A stretch of 64,000 nt of DNA. Source: Promethearchaeota archaeon (GTDB taxonomy: Archaea; Asgardarchaeota; Lokiarchaeia; Sigyniarchaeales; SOKP01). The notes under the pieces are model-generated. The model searched no databases and was not told the origin of the DNA. It was given only the letters and a program-made list of their open reading frames with translations. The stretch is taken from positions 36,893-100,892 of the forward strand of contig JBHLNS010000009.1 of NCBI GenBank assembly GCA_048941285.1, given 5' to 3'. Positions 39,554 through 48,786 of this stretch are shown piece after piece. The stretch's first letter is position 1; every line of letters begins with the position of its first letter. Position numbers and translations under genes: made by a program.

Positions 39554-40732
39554 ATGTATGATGTAATTATATCAGGCGCTGGACCCTCAGGATCAAAATG
39601 TGCTGAAACTTTAGCAAAAAAGGGATTCAAAATAGCCCTATTAGAAAAAGATATAAATTGGCGAAAACCATGTGGAGGAGGAGTGCATCATAGAGCTTTT
39701 TATTTGGTTCCAAAATTGCGAGAATTAAATATCCCCAAAATTCAAGGTATTGTTATGTATTCAGCTGATTATCATAAATTAGAATATAGATTGAGTGGCC
39801 AAAAATATGGTACTGTTATTGATAGATTAGAATTTGATAATTTAATGAGAAACACAGCTATTGATGGGGGCGCTGAGCTCTTTAATAAAAATATATCTCT
39901 AGATTTTATAGTAAAAAATAAAGTAAAAATTGGGATTAAAACTAGAAGTTCTTCAGGAATTAAGGACTATTATGGAAAAATTTTAATTATTGCTGATGGT
40001 ATGAGTTCTAAATTAGCACCAAGATCAGGTTTAAGATCTAAATGGAGAACTCAAGAATTAGGAATTGCCAAATGTTCTATAATGGAAGGAAATAATCAGT
40101 TGGATGAGGAATTTATCTATACTTATTTTAGACCTTACAAAGGGTATGGATGGATTTTTCCATTAGGGAATAAGAGGTTTAATATTGGTGTAACAACATT
40201 CGCTGAAGATAATGTCAACTATAATATAATCTCCCTTTATGATGAGTTTCTGAATAATCCTGATATAAAAAAGTATCTTTCGAGTTCACATTATAAGGTG
40301 ATTTGGACTGCGGCTTTTCCGTTTCCTGGTGAGGGTGTTTTAGAAAAAAGTTTATACGATGATAATTTAATGTTAATAGGAGATACTGGGGGCTTTGTTT
40401 CTCCTATAAGTGGTGAAGGAATTCATACATCAATTATATCTGGAAAATCGGCCGCAGAAGTGGCTGTAGAAGCTTTAGAGGAAGAAGATTGCTCCAAAAA
40501 AGTACTAAAAAAATACAAATATCATCCTGAAGTCAAGAAAATGATTAGGAATTTTAAACTTAAACGTTCAATGATCAAATTTTTCTATGAAAATAGGGGA
40601 GAGAATCTAAATAAATTATTAACATTAGCAGAAAATGATCCAGAATTTAGAGCCCACGTTGTTGATATGTTTTTATCAAAATCATTACCATCCCAAGAGT
40701 TTTTTTCAAAAATTAAAACAGCAAATTATTAA
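39554..40732 (+). CDS. Geranylgeranyl reductase family flavoprotein
   Basis: DVIISGAGPSGS, KPCGGG, DRLEFD, IADG, GYGWIFP and IGDTGGFVSPISGEGI motifs. Confidence 0.9.
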   Translation: MYDVIISGAGPSGSKCAETLAKKGFKIALLEKDINWRKPCGGGVHHRAFYLVPKLRELNIPKIQGIVMYSADYHKLEYRLSGQKYGTVIDRLEFDNLMRNTAIDGGAELFNKNISLDFIVKNKVKIGIKTRSSSGIKDYYGKILIIADGMSSKLAPRSGLRSKWRTQELGIAKCSIMEGNNQLDEEFIYTYFRPYKGYGWIFPLGNKRFNIGVTTFAEDNVNYNIISLYDEFLNNPDIKKYLSSSHYKVIWTAAFPFPGEGVLEKSLYDDNLMLIGDTGGFVSPISGEGIHTSIISGKSAAEVAVEALEEEDCSKKVLKKYKYHPEVKKMIRNFKLKRSMIKFFYENRGENLNKLLTLAENDPEFRAHVVDMFLSKSLPSQEFFSKIKTANY

Positions 40733-40964
40733 CAAATACTTTTAAGTCGTTTTATATCCCTGAAACATAGGAATGATTTTCATATATAAATCACATTAAT
40801 AATCCATAATTTTATTGTTTAGATATTTAATAATTTAAATGATTCTCTGAAAAAGCCAAAGAGTTATGAAACTATTTTAAAGAAATGAAATTTACATTAA
40901 TATCTTAAGATTATCTCCAAAGCACCTATAATCAATGTCTTTTGTGTACTTCTATCAGATGTAT

Positions 40965-41171
40965 TCACATTGAGGTGCTATAACAATATTTCTGGTGGTT
41001 ATTTATGCAGCTATTACAAAATGTCTCTCCACATAAAACGCAGGCGATTTCTTCATTATTAATTATATTCAATTCTTTTTCACATCGATTACAATGCCGA
41101 TATCTCTTAGCAAAAGAAGATCTATAATTTAATTGTTTCCTCTTTCTTAATTTAAGCAATATTTCAAACAT
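40965..41171 (-). CDS. Small Cys/His-rich zinc finger protein (B-box/treble-clef-like)
   Basis: CNRC-x13-CVLC-x4-CNSC-x3-H-x3-C. Confidence 0.65.
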   Translation of the reverse strand: MFEILLKLRKRKQLNYRSSFAKRYRHCNRCEKELNIINNEEIACVLCGETFCNSCINNHQKYCYSTSM

Positions 41172-41342
41172 CTCAAAAAAGTAAATGATTTCTACTCTTT
41201 ATTTCAAAAAATATCTTTTTAAACTTGTATAAAAATTAGAATAATTTTGATAATTATCATATTCAAAAGTATATTCAGAAATCGAATTTGCCCCTAAACT
41301 TATATTATTTCCGTTTATTACCTAATTAGTAATTGTTTTGCT

Positions 41343-41636
41343 TTATTTTAAATCCTCAACTAAATTAAGAAAATCTGAATACGCAATGGCCGTCCAGCTT
41401 TCAGCAAAAACGGCTCCAGCGGAGCGAGAGAGCAGCGACACTTTAGCAGCATCATGTTCATTTTCTACTTCAAAGATGTCAATAAAATCATAAGGCCCCA
41501 ATATGGCATAATGTGCAATCCATTTAATATCCGGAACTTTTTCTCTAACTAAATTTAAAAATTTTGCTCCTTGTTCTTTTCTTTTGTGAAATAAGTCAGG
41601 ATTTTGAAGTTTAGTTGCAAGAATATATATCGGCAT
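41343..41636 (-). CDS. GYD-domain protein
   Basis: HYAILGPYDFIDIFEV..AAKVSL..G...ESWTA. Confidence 0.85.
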   Translation of the reverse strand: MPIYILATKLQNPDLFHKRKEQGAKFLNLVREKVPDIKWIAHYAILGPYDFIDIFEVENEHDAAKVSLLSRSAGAVFAESWTAIAYSDFLNLVEDLK

Positions 41637-41707
41637 AAAGAAAAATATACCAGATGGAAATATAAATCTTGTTGCTCAATAAAATCTTAATTCACTAATA
41701 TAATATC

Positions 41708-42391
41708 TTAAAGTAAAAAACCTTTCAATATTGCTAAAGATCCAATATCAATAGTTATTAAGGCAATAATTTCGACTATAATTGATTCAATAACTCCTCC
41801 AATTATATTGATAATCAACGCTAAAATAACAATAATAATTCCTACTAAAAACCATTGTATTTTCTTCTTAGTAGTCTCCTCAACTTTTTTAGCTATTATA
41901 GCATATTTATAAACAATGTACATTGATAGAATAGCTCTTATAATATTTACAAAAATAAACCAATAAAGTGGAGTTTCAGTATCTACAATATGTAATCCGT
42001 ACCTAATTATGTTTAATGTTGGAGGCCATACAAAATAGCCAAAACTCATTAGTATTAATACAATTATCATCGATCCGAGGTATTTAAAGCTCATAGCAAC
42101 CTTTTTATATTTTTCTAATATAAATACTGTCATAACCAAAGATACTGGGAAAAGATTAAAAAAAATTTGGCCAGTAACCATTAAAGGGATAATTACATGA
42201 GGATTATTTAAAATTAAATGATAAATAGTATAAATTGCAAATCCTAAGGAACTAGATAAAAAAAATAATGTAAACCATCTATTCAGAGATTCACGTGGAT
42301 TTAGGCTATATACACGTAATCCAACAATAATTGATAGGATAAATGTAATAGTTGCTGCTATTATTTTAGCTAAATTGTTAATATCCATCAT
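41708..42391 (-). CDS. Stand-alone 7TM protein (HisKA_7TM-like)
   Basis: Seven hydrophobic segments; NPRESLNRWFTLFF after TM1; no cytoplasmic output domain. Confidence 0.7.
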   Translation of the reverse strand: MMDINNLAKIIAATITFILSIIVGLRVYSLNPRESLNRWFTLFFLSSSLGFAIYTIYHLILNNPHVIIPLMVTGQIFFNLFPVSLVMTVFILEKYKKVAMSFKYLGSMIIVLILMSFGYFVWPPTLNIIRYGLHIVDTETPLYWFIFVNIIRAILSMYIVYKYAIIAKKVEETTKKKIQWFLVGIIIVILALIINIIGGVIESIIVEIIALITIDIGSLAILKGFLL

Positions 42392-42396
42392 TACTA

Positions 42397-42939
42397 TTAG
42401 GGAGAACTTTTCAATTTGTATTTACTTTGTAATTCTTCAATAATGGCTTTGAAGGCTTTTTCAACATTTTGGCCCGTTTTAGCCGAAGTATGGTAATAAT
42501 CAATAAAAGAGTGTTTTTTTATAAACTTTTGAATTTTTTCGTCAGATAATTTGCTTTCATCAACCAAATCAATTTTATTACCAAAAAGGATCACAGGAAT
42601 ATCTCCACAAAATTTCTTAATTTCTTTATGCCAATCGGTTATATGTTTAAAACTATTTGTGCCTAAGTCATTTTCTTCTAGAGAAAATACAATTATAGAT
42701 GCTACACTTGATCTGTAAAAAGCAGGTCGTAAAAAATGAAACTCATCTTGGCCAGCTATATCCCAGAAAAATAATTCCCAGCGATCACCATCTCGTTCTT
42801 CAATATATTCAGAAAATTGCGCTCCTATTGTCTTAATATATTCTTCTTGAAAATTTCCTTGTGTGAAATTTCTTATTAATGAAGTTTTACCGACGAATCC
42901 ATCTCCTATTACAGTTATTTTATGTTTGAATTTGCTCAT
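42397..42939 (-). CDS. Rab-like small GTPase
   Basis: GDGFVGKT, TIGAQF, WDIAGQ, GNKID and TSAKTG motifs. Confidence 0.9.
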   Translation of the reverse strand: MSKFKHKITVIGDGFVGKTSLIRNFTQGNFQEEYIKTIGAQFSEYIEERDGDRWELFFWDIAGQDEFHFLRPAFYRSSVASIIVFSLEENDLGTNSFKHITDWHKEIKKFCGDIPVILFGNKIDLVDESKLSDEKIQKFIKKHSFIDYYHTSAKTGQNVEKAFKAIIEELQSKYKLKSSP

Positions 42940-43024
42940 TAAATCACTTTTTATAAAGAAATGTCACCTATTTATAATTATCAAACGATAGTTAATAAAA
43001 AACTTTCTATTATGATGAATTTTC

Positions 43025-43810
43025 ATGGTTGCAATCAAAACAAGTAGGATGGAAGTCTTATTTGGCTTTTTTGGAGCATTATTTATTTTAATAATATTGC
43101 CAATAACAATAGTTTTTACGCCAGGATACAGTCCTTTAGAACGAACCGTAAGTGTGCTAGGTGAAGGGGATGCAAAAACATTATTTAGTATTGGTTTTGT
43201 GGTATGTGGTTCATTATTAATTCCTTTTTATATTTATTTGGAGAGAGAATTGATAAATATCCAAGAAAGTGTGAGAAGGTTAGCCACTGGAATTTCTATT
43301 TTTACTAATGTATGTATAGCCCTTGTCGGAATAATTCCAGATGAAACATATAAAGCAGCTTTTGGCGCATTTCATACATTTGTAGCCTTGGTAAGTTTTA
43401 TTGGTTCTTCTATCTATATTGTATTGTATAGTATATTAATGTATCAGGGTCCTAAATCCAAAATGTATAAAGGACCATCATTTAAAAAATATCTGGCGTA
43501 TTATGGTTTTCTTGTAGGAATTATGTTGGTATTATTTTTTACCACCCGACATCCACTAATAGAATGGATATTATCGTTTTTAATAATCACTTGGGTTTTG
43601 ATTACAGCAATACAGTGTATATCATTTAAATTTTCCAAGATCCCTGGAGTATATTATAAAAGATCTCAATATCCAGAAGCATTAAGATTATTTGAAAATG
43701 CAATTCAAGTATTAGATAATCTTGAAATGGGAGATGAACCCATAATGGAGACTCTTAGAGAGAATATTGATTATATCAAAAGTGAAATGGAGAAAAAACC
43801 AAATAAATAA
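43025..43810 (+). CDS. DUF998-like membrane protein with C-terminal TPR-like helices
   Basis: PGYSPLERTVSVLG..LVGII..H..VA; C-terminal YPEALRLFENAIQV. Confidence 0.7.
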   Translation: MVAIKTSRMEVLFGFFGALFILIILPITIVFTPGYSPLERTVSVLGEGDAKTLFSIGFVVCGSLLIPFYIYLERELINIQESVRRLATGISIFTNVCIALVGIIPDETYKAAFGAFHTFVALVSFIGSSIYIVLYSILMYQGPKSKMYKGPSFKKYLAYYGFLVGIMLVLFFTTRHPLIEWILSFLIITWVLITAIQCISFKFSKIPGVYYKRSQYPEALRLFENAIQVLDNLEMGDEPIMETLRENIDYIKSEMEKKPNK

Positions 43811-44092
43811 AATCCTATAAAATTTGAATAGAATATGTATTTTACTTTAATTTTTTGCCTTTAGAATAATACATAAATAATCTAATGATTTGGGGATTGG
43901 CCAATCTTCTGCTGGTTCAAATTCATACTCTGGTATGTTAAATCCTTGAAATTAACAAGTATTGTGTGGTTTTGACTTAAATTTTGCCAATATAGGTTAA
44001 AGTAAATAAATCTAATGATGGAAAGATAAAAGATCATACCAAGAATTTATTTTGATTGGAATAAGAAAAAAATAAAAAATAAAACAAAAAAA

Positions 44093-44164
44093 TTATTTAG
44101 CTATACTTTGAAAAGCAAAACCAACGTTCTTAACAATTATTTGAGCCTGTTCATTTCTTTTCAT
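44093..44164 (-). CDS. Candidate 23-aa microprotein MKRNEQAQIIVKNVGFAFQSIAK
   Basis: GAGGT Shine-Dalgarno-like site before the ATG, upstream CTATAAAA TATA-like box, oligo-T tract after the TAA. Confidence 0.55.
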   Translation of the reverse strand: MKRNEQAQIIVKNVGFAFQSIAK

Positions 44165-44240
44165 TTTTTTTTACCTCTTTTTTAGAGTTTCTTTATTAAT
44201 TATATTATAGGTAAAATTCATTTTATAGTTTTTAATGTAA

Positions 44241-44256
44241 AACTTTCTGCGAAGTT
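44241..44256 (-). promoter_or_regulatory. Quasi-palindromic motif AACTTCGCAGAAAGTT, copy 1
   Basis: Exact reverse complement of 46053-46068. Confidence 0.5.
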
Positions 44257-44394
44257 CGAATCAATCTAAAAGTTTAAGAATATTTTATTCAAAACTGTTT
44301 TTATTGATTTAATAAAAAGATCCAATAATCAGAAAAAGAAATATATTAAGTATACAACTAATAATTCAGAACTATTGTAATAAAACGAGAAAAA

Positions 44395-44904
44395 ATGGAA
44401 GATTCATTAAAGCGTTGGTTAACCGATCATCATATTCAGTATGTTTTACACAATCATCCGGCAGTTTTTACAGTACCCGAAGCAAGATTGCATTGTGGTC
44501 ATATTCCAGGAACTCATTGTAAGAATTTATTTTTAAAAAATAAGAAATCTGAACAACTTTATTTAATCACAATACCTTATGAAAAGCGTTTGGATTTAAA
44601 TGAATTTCGAAAAATGATAGGAGCCCCAAAAGTACGTTTTGCTGGACCAGAAGTTCTTGCTAAGGTCCTAGGTATTACTCCTGGTGCTGTATCCCCACTG
44701 GGATTAATAAATGATATTAATAATAAGGTAATTTTCATTATTGAAGAAGATATATGGAATGCAAAAGAAGTTTGTTGCCATCCAAACATAAATACTGAGA
44801 CATTACAAATTCCTGGACCAGATTTTCGAAAACTAATAAGAGCAACTGGGACTTCTATGGAGATAAAAAAACTTCCATATTTGTCCTCAAATAGGCCTCA
44901 ATAA
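44395..44904 (+). CDS. ProX/PrdX (YbaK family) aminoacyl-tRNA editing protein
   Basis: HPAVFTV..CKNLFLKNKK..LGITPGAVSPLGL..HPNINT. Confidence 0.9.
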   Translation: MEDSLKRWLTDHHIQYVLHNHPAVFTVPEARLHCGHIPGTHCKNLFLKNKKSEQLYLITIPYEKRLDLNEFRKMIGAPKVRFAGPEVLAKVLGITPGAVSPLGLINDINNKVIFIIEEDIWNAKEVCCHPNINTETLQIPGPDFRKLIRATGTSMEIKKLPYLSSNRPQ

Positions 44905-44932
44905 AGAATTATATTACTAGTTATGTGTTTAT

Positions 44933-45223
44933 TTAATGCTCTTCATTAATTAATTCATTAAGGTGCAATAAACTATCGTATACGGATTTTCCTTTTTCTG
45001 TGAGTCCAATATATTCTTCTCCATTAATTTTTTCAAGATTTATTAGTTTTGATTCTAATAGTTTATCTTTAATTCGTAGAAAAGAATTGTAATTACTAAA
45101 ATCAATTAAAATTCTATAGAATGCCCCTTTTTCCGCCTTATATTCTTTAAATTGTGTTAGGACCTGGAACGTGTTAAAAAATCCTCGTTTATTTAAAACT
45201 GAATACAACTCCTTAAAACTCAT
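44933..45223 (-). CDS. Small winged-helix-like protein
   Basis: LLESKLI..YIGLTEKGKSVY wing signature. Confidence 0.6.
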   Translation of the reverse strand: MSFKELYSVLNKRGFFNTFQVLTQFKEYKAEKGAFYRILIDFSNYNSFLRIKDKLLESKLINLEKINGEEYIGLTEKGKSVYDSLLHLNELINEEH

Positions 45224-45473
45224 GTTATATCCCCACTTAATAAATATATTCTTATGAAGTCATATAGAAATATAGTACTTATTTATGTTTGCATATTTTT
45301 GTCGGATTGAATATATTTAATCATTATAGAAAATTTTCATTAAGGGATAAAATAAAATATTTTGATTATACTGTAGCTTCGCGAATATTTGAATTTTTGA
45401 GGCTATACGTCTAAAAGAAAAATAGTAAGAAATTAAAATAACTTTGAGGTTCCTATTTCATGGTTTTGTCATA

Positions 45474-45854
45474 TTATTTTAATAACGCATTACGAGCTTT
45501 TTCTAAGTTATCAACCCCAACAACGATTCTATTATTCTCGGCAAAATAGATTAAGTCAATATTTACACCTGCATCCCCTATTTTACGAGCCATTTTACCT
45601 CCTGTGCCAGGTTTTCCTACAATATGCCCGATGTCCATCACAATTACTTCACGTACTGCACGTACTTCAAAACCAGCATCTTCTAGTGCCCAGCGAGTTG
45701 TTTCTTCATCTTCAACTAAAATATGAACAACAGCTTCGTTTTTTAGTGGAAATCCACATAATCCCTCCATATTAATGCCCATTTTGCCTAGGGCTTCTCC
45801 CATATTTGCTAACATTCCCGGCTCATTTTTTAAAATTACAGTTAAATCTCTCAT
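45474..45854 (-). CDS. Tandem ACT-domain protein
   Basis: LKNEPGMLA..GINME and KPGTGG..AGVNIDLIY. Confidence 0.85.
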   Translation of the reverse strand: MRDLTVILKNEPGMLANMGEALGKMGINMEGLCGFPLKNEAVVHILVEDEETTRWALEDAGFEVRAVREVIVMDIGHIVGKPGTGGKMARKIGDAGVNIDLIYFAENNRIVVGVDNLEKARNALLK

Positions 45855-46052
45855 TTTTCTAATCCTCTTATTTTTTTTGTTCTATTTTTTTTAGTATATT
45901 CCTTATTTCAATATTACAGGACTTCTTTCCAATGCTTAATTATGTCTTTTCCTTATTTAAGATTTCTTTAAAAATATTTAATTACACTAGTGAAACTAAA
46001 AGAAAGATCATGAATAGCTACGATTCCTCTTTGTGTTTTATTAATTTCTTCT

Positions 46053-46068
46053 AACTTCGCAGAAAGTT
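46053..46068 (+). promoter_or_regulatory. Quasi-palindromic motif AACTTCGCAGAAAGTT, copy 2
   Basis: Identical to copy 1; 84 nt upstream of the 46153 start. Confidence 0.5.
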
Positions 46069-46152
46069 CCGTATAAAGAACTAGATAAGGAAGTTTAAAT
46101 ATACTTTAGTTAATAAACTCAATAAAAAAATTAAAAATACGAGGTTTATACC

Positions 46153-46500
46153 ATGAATGAAATAACAAATCAGGAATATGTAGTGGAAGATATTGATGAA
46201 AAAAAAAGCATAAAAAAAGAAAAGTTTGTAAGCACTAAGAAAACTCTAACTGGGAAATATTATGATCATTTATTACGAAAAGATCCAATAATTACCCTAT
46301 TAATTATTGGAGCAATTTTAGGGTGCGTTTTTTCAATTTATTTTGTCTCTGGTAGATGGGATTTGTGGTTATGGATTCCACTTAGCATATTCTTTATTGG
46401 CCCATTAGGGTTAGTTTTTATTGCATTAATCCTTCCATTTGTTCCTTGGATACTTTATTTCGCTCTTAGAATTTTCATTGAAATACTAGCAAACGCATAA
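46153..46500 (+). CDS. Membrane protein
   Basis: GAGGT Shine-Dalgarno-like site; hydrophobic C-terminal half. Confidence 0.7.
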   Translation: MNEITNQEYVVEDIDEKKSIKKEKFVSTKKTLTGKYYDHLLRKDPIITLLIIGAILGCVFSIYFVSGRWDLWLWIPLSIFFIGPLGLVFIALILPFVPWILYFALRIFIEILANA

Positions 46501-46668
46501 AAATAAAAAATTAATTTTTCTTTTTTTTCCTTTATTTATCACAATTCTTATTTTTTTTAAAAATGGATAATTTTTAACAAATATTTTAAAATATATTCTT
46601 AATTAAACTTTAAATCTGAATAATTGGATTTCAAGACTGAAAAATCTCTTTTTAATATAGAGTAGAGA

Positions 46669-46959
46669 ATGATGATTAATTGTCCAAATTGTGGAGCAAG
46701 AATTTCACCAGGGTATGATTTTTGTCTTTCATGTGGCTTTAGAATTGACTATAAAGCCCTTCAAAATGAGATCATAAAATCTCGTAGAAAAAAAATCCTA
46801 TGGTTGATTTTATTTGGGCTTATCTTGATAATTATTGTTATTCTATTGGCTATTTTAGTACCTCCTGTAAGATTTATATTGACTATAATACTTGCTACAA
46901 TATTTATGATATTCATATTTGCGATTATCATCTTTCTTTATTACTTTTTTTATAATTAG
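46669..46959 (+). CDS. Zinc-ribbon plus 2-TM protein
   Basis: CPNCG..FCLSCG followed by two TM segments. Confidence 0.75.
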   Translation: MMINCPNCGARISPGYDFCLSCGFRIDYKALQNEIIKSRRKKILWLILFGLILIIIVILLAILVPPVRFILTIILATIFMIFIFAIIIFLYYFFYN

Positions 46960-46980
46960 TGTTTAGTAGAAATTATCAGA

Positions 46981-47472
46981 TTAAAAATATAACTGCCTTA
47001 GATACAATCTTAACTCTTCAATATTTTCAAAGTAAAACAAGCTTTTTTCTTCCTTAAAGAAAGGTGTTAATAGACCTCCTCTCTTTAAGACTTCAGTTAT
47101 TTCTACATCCTTTAATACAAACACCTTTGTCTTTTCGAAATATTCTTTAAAGGAGAGAATAATTCCCATCTCAATCATGTGGCCTCCTTTATCATGTTCA
47201 ATAATCATGATAATTTCATTGGAAAATTTTGCGATAAGATCAAATTTTAAGATCAAATTCTCAAGATGGGTACGTCGAAAATCTTTTTCAAAAAATGCGA
47301 GATTGTTTTCAATGGTATTTACAGTGTTTTGTACTTCTTGAAGTGTAGGGAAAGTTTTATCACTATAAGACCCACATATAAAGATTTTGTTTTTATTTAA
47401 ATCATATACTGAAAAGATCTTAGTAAATTCTTCTAAAAAATCATCCCACGCTGAATCATGTGAAACTTTCAT
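46981..47472 (-). CDS. Nucleoside 2-deoxyribosyltransferase/TIR-like fold protein
   Basis: KIFICGS...SNEIIMIIE..GGHMIEMG resembles the NDT-like fold. Confidence 0.5.
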   Translation of the reverse strand: MKVSHDSAWDDFLEEFTKIFSVYDLNKNKIFICGSYSDKTFPTLQEVQNTVNTIENNLAFFEKDFRRTHLENLILKFDLIAKFSNEIIMIIEHDKGGHMIEMGIILSFKEYFEKTKVFVLKDVEITEVLKRGGLLTPFFKEEKSLFYFENIEELRLYLRQLYF

Positions 47473-47645
47473 TCCAATTTTCCCATTTTATATAAAATAA
47501 CTAAGAAATTCATTTATGCTATAAATTATTATATATCAATAATAATTGCCTCAATTAATTTTGAGTTAAATTTAAATATGAAATTATCCATTATTAGCAT
47601 AGAATTAGATGAAAAACTAAATTTAAATACAAGGAGGTAGAAGAT

Positions 47646-47987
47646 TTGGATACTCCTAAAAAACTTGAAAATATGAGGAAACAATTGGAAATTATATCAG
47701 AGAAAACGCGGTATAAGATACTACTTACATTATTAGCGAGTGAAAAATCCCTTTCATTTAGCCGGTTGAAGGAATTATTACCATCAATTCCTGAAAATAG
47801 CTTAAATTATCATCTTAATATACTTAAAGAAAATAATTTTATCAAAAATGAGAAAACGATGGAATATAAACGCTCAGAACCTCGATCGTTTTATTCTCTT
47901 AGTAAAAAATCAGTTGAATTGCTTGGAAATTTAGGATTAACTGCAGTTAAGGAAGAATTTCAAGCCCTATTTAAGCAAATGACATAA
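47646..47987 (+). CDS. ArsR-like winged-helix regulator
   Basis: TRYKILLTL..SFSRLK..LNYHLNILKENNFI..YSLS; AGGAGGT Shine-Dalgarno-like site. Confidence 0.85.
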   Translation: MDTPKKLENMRKQLEIISEKTRYKILLTLLASEKSLSFSRLKELLPSIPENSLNYHLNILKENNFIKNEKTMEYKRSEPRSFYSLSKKSVELLGNLGLTAVKEEFQALFKQMT

Positions 47988-48190
47988 TTTTCAAATTATT
48001 TTTATTTTCGGGTTGTATTAAAAATCATTTAATTATATCATTAAAAAATAGTTAATTGTATTTTCATTATTCTATACAACACTTATTTGAAATTCTACTA
48101 CTTTTTATTTAGTTTCTAATGAATAAATTAAAATATATGATTTGTGTAAAGATTAAAGTGATTAAATTATTACTTTTATTACTTTTCTTA

Positions 48191-48673
48191 CTATAGTTGT
48201 TCCTTTATTTGATTAGCGAATTGAATAGCATCTTTTGTTCCAATCCAAAATAGTTTTCTAAATCTTCTTTTGTCGATTACTTCGGCTCCTGCCTCCTCGA
48301 CTTTTTTTTTCATATACTCTATGGCCTTTTTACCAGTAAAACGAGCTGTATTGAATACAACAGCCGTTTTTCCATTAAGAGTTCCCAATCTCGTTATTAT
48401 CTCATCAAAAGCTTTTGGAGGTTTATCTCCATAAGTGGGCATACCAATAATAAATAATTCATAACCTGTAGCATCAAGATTGTTCAAATCAGTCTCTATC
48501 GCTGAATAATCTTTATTTTCAAACTTATCTAACATTTTTATTTTTTCAGTTAGTTTCCCTGTTAATTCGATAGAAAAATAGCTCACTTGATGAGTGTTAA
48601 GAGTACTACCAATAGCTTCTGCGGTTTTTTTCGTTCTTCCTCCCATTGTGAAATATACAATTAGTGTTTTCAT
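48191..48673 (-). CDS. Flavodoxin family protein
   Basis: IVYFTMGGRTKKTAE and IGMPTY. Confidence 0.85.
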   Translation of the reverse strand: MKTLIVYFTMGGRTKKTAEAIGSTLNTHQVSYFSIELTGKLTEKIKMLDKFENKDYSAIETDLNNLDATGYELFIIGMPTYGDKPPKAFDEIITRLGTLNGKTAVVFNTARFTGKKAIEYMKKKVEEAGAEVIDKRRFRKLFWIGTKDAIQFANQIKEQL

Positions 48674-48722
48674 AAGAAAAAATAATTCTCTTTGGTAAAA
48701 AACTTTTGATATTTAGCTCATT

Positions 48723-48740
48723 TGTTCAAAGATTTGAACA
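48723..48740. promoter_or_regulatory. Palindrome TGTTC-N8-GAACA, 46 nt before the 48787 start
   Basis: TGTTCAAAGATTTGAACA; the same motif occurs at the same spacing upstream of the paralog at 63412. Confidence 0.55.
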
Positions 48741-48786
48741 ATAAAATGTTTTTAAAGATTTAATGGATCTTATTCTTTGAGAATAA

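Noticed and set aside
43847-43951. Minus-strand frame FQGFNIPEYEFEPAEDWPIPKSLDYLCIILKAKN
   Set aside because: No start codon and an upstream in-frame stop; probably a gene remnant, too short to assign.
46053-46085. Xer dif-like site
   Set aside because: One arm loosely resembles a XerC arm, but there is no matching second arm in either copy.
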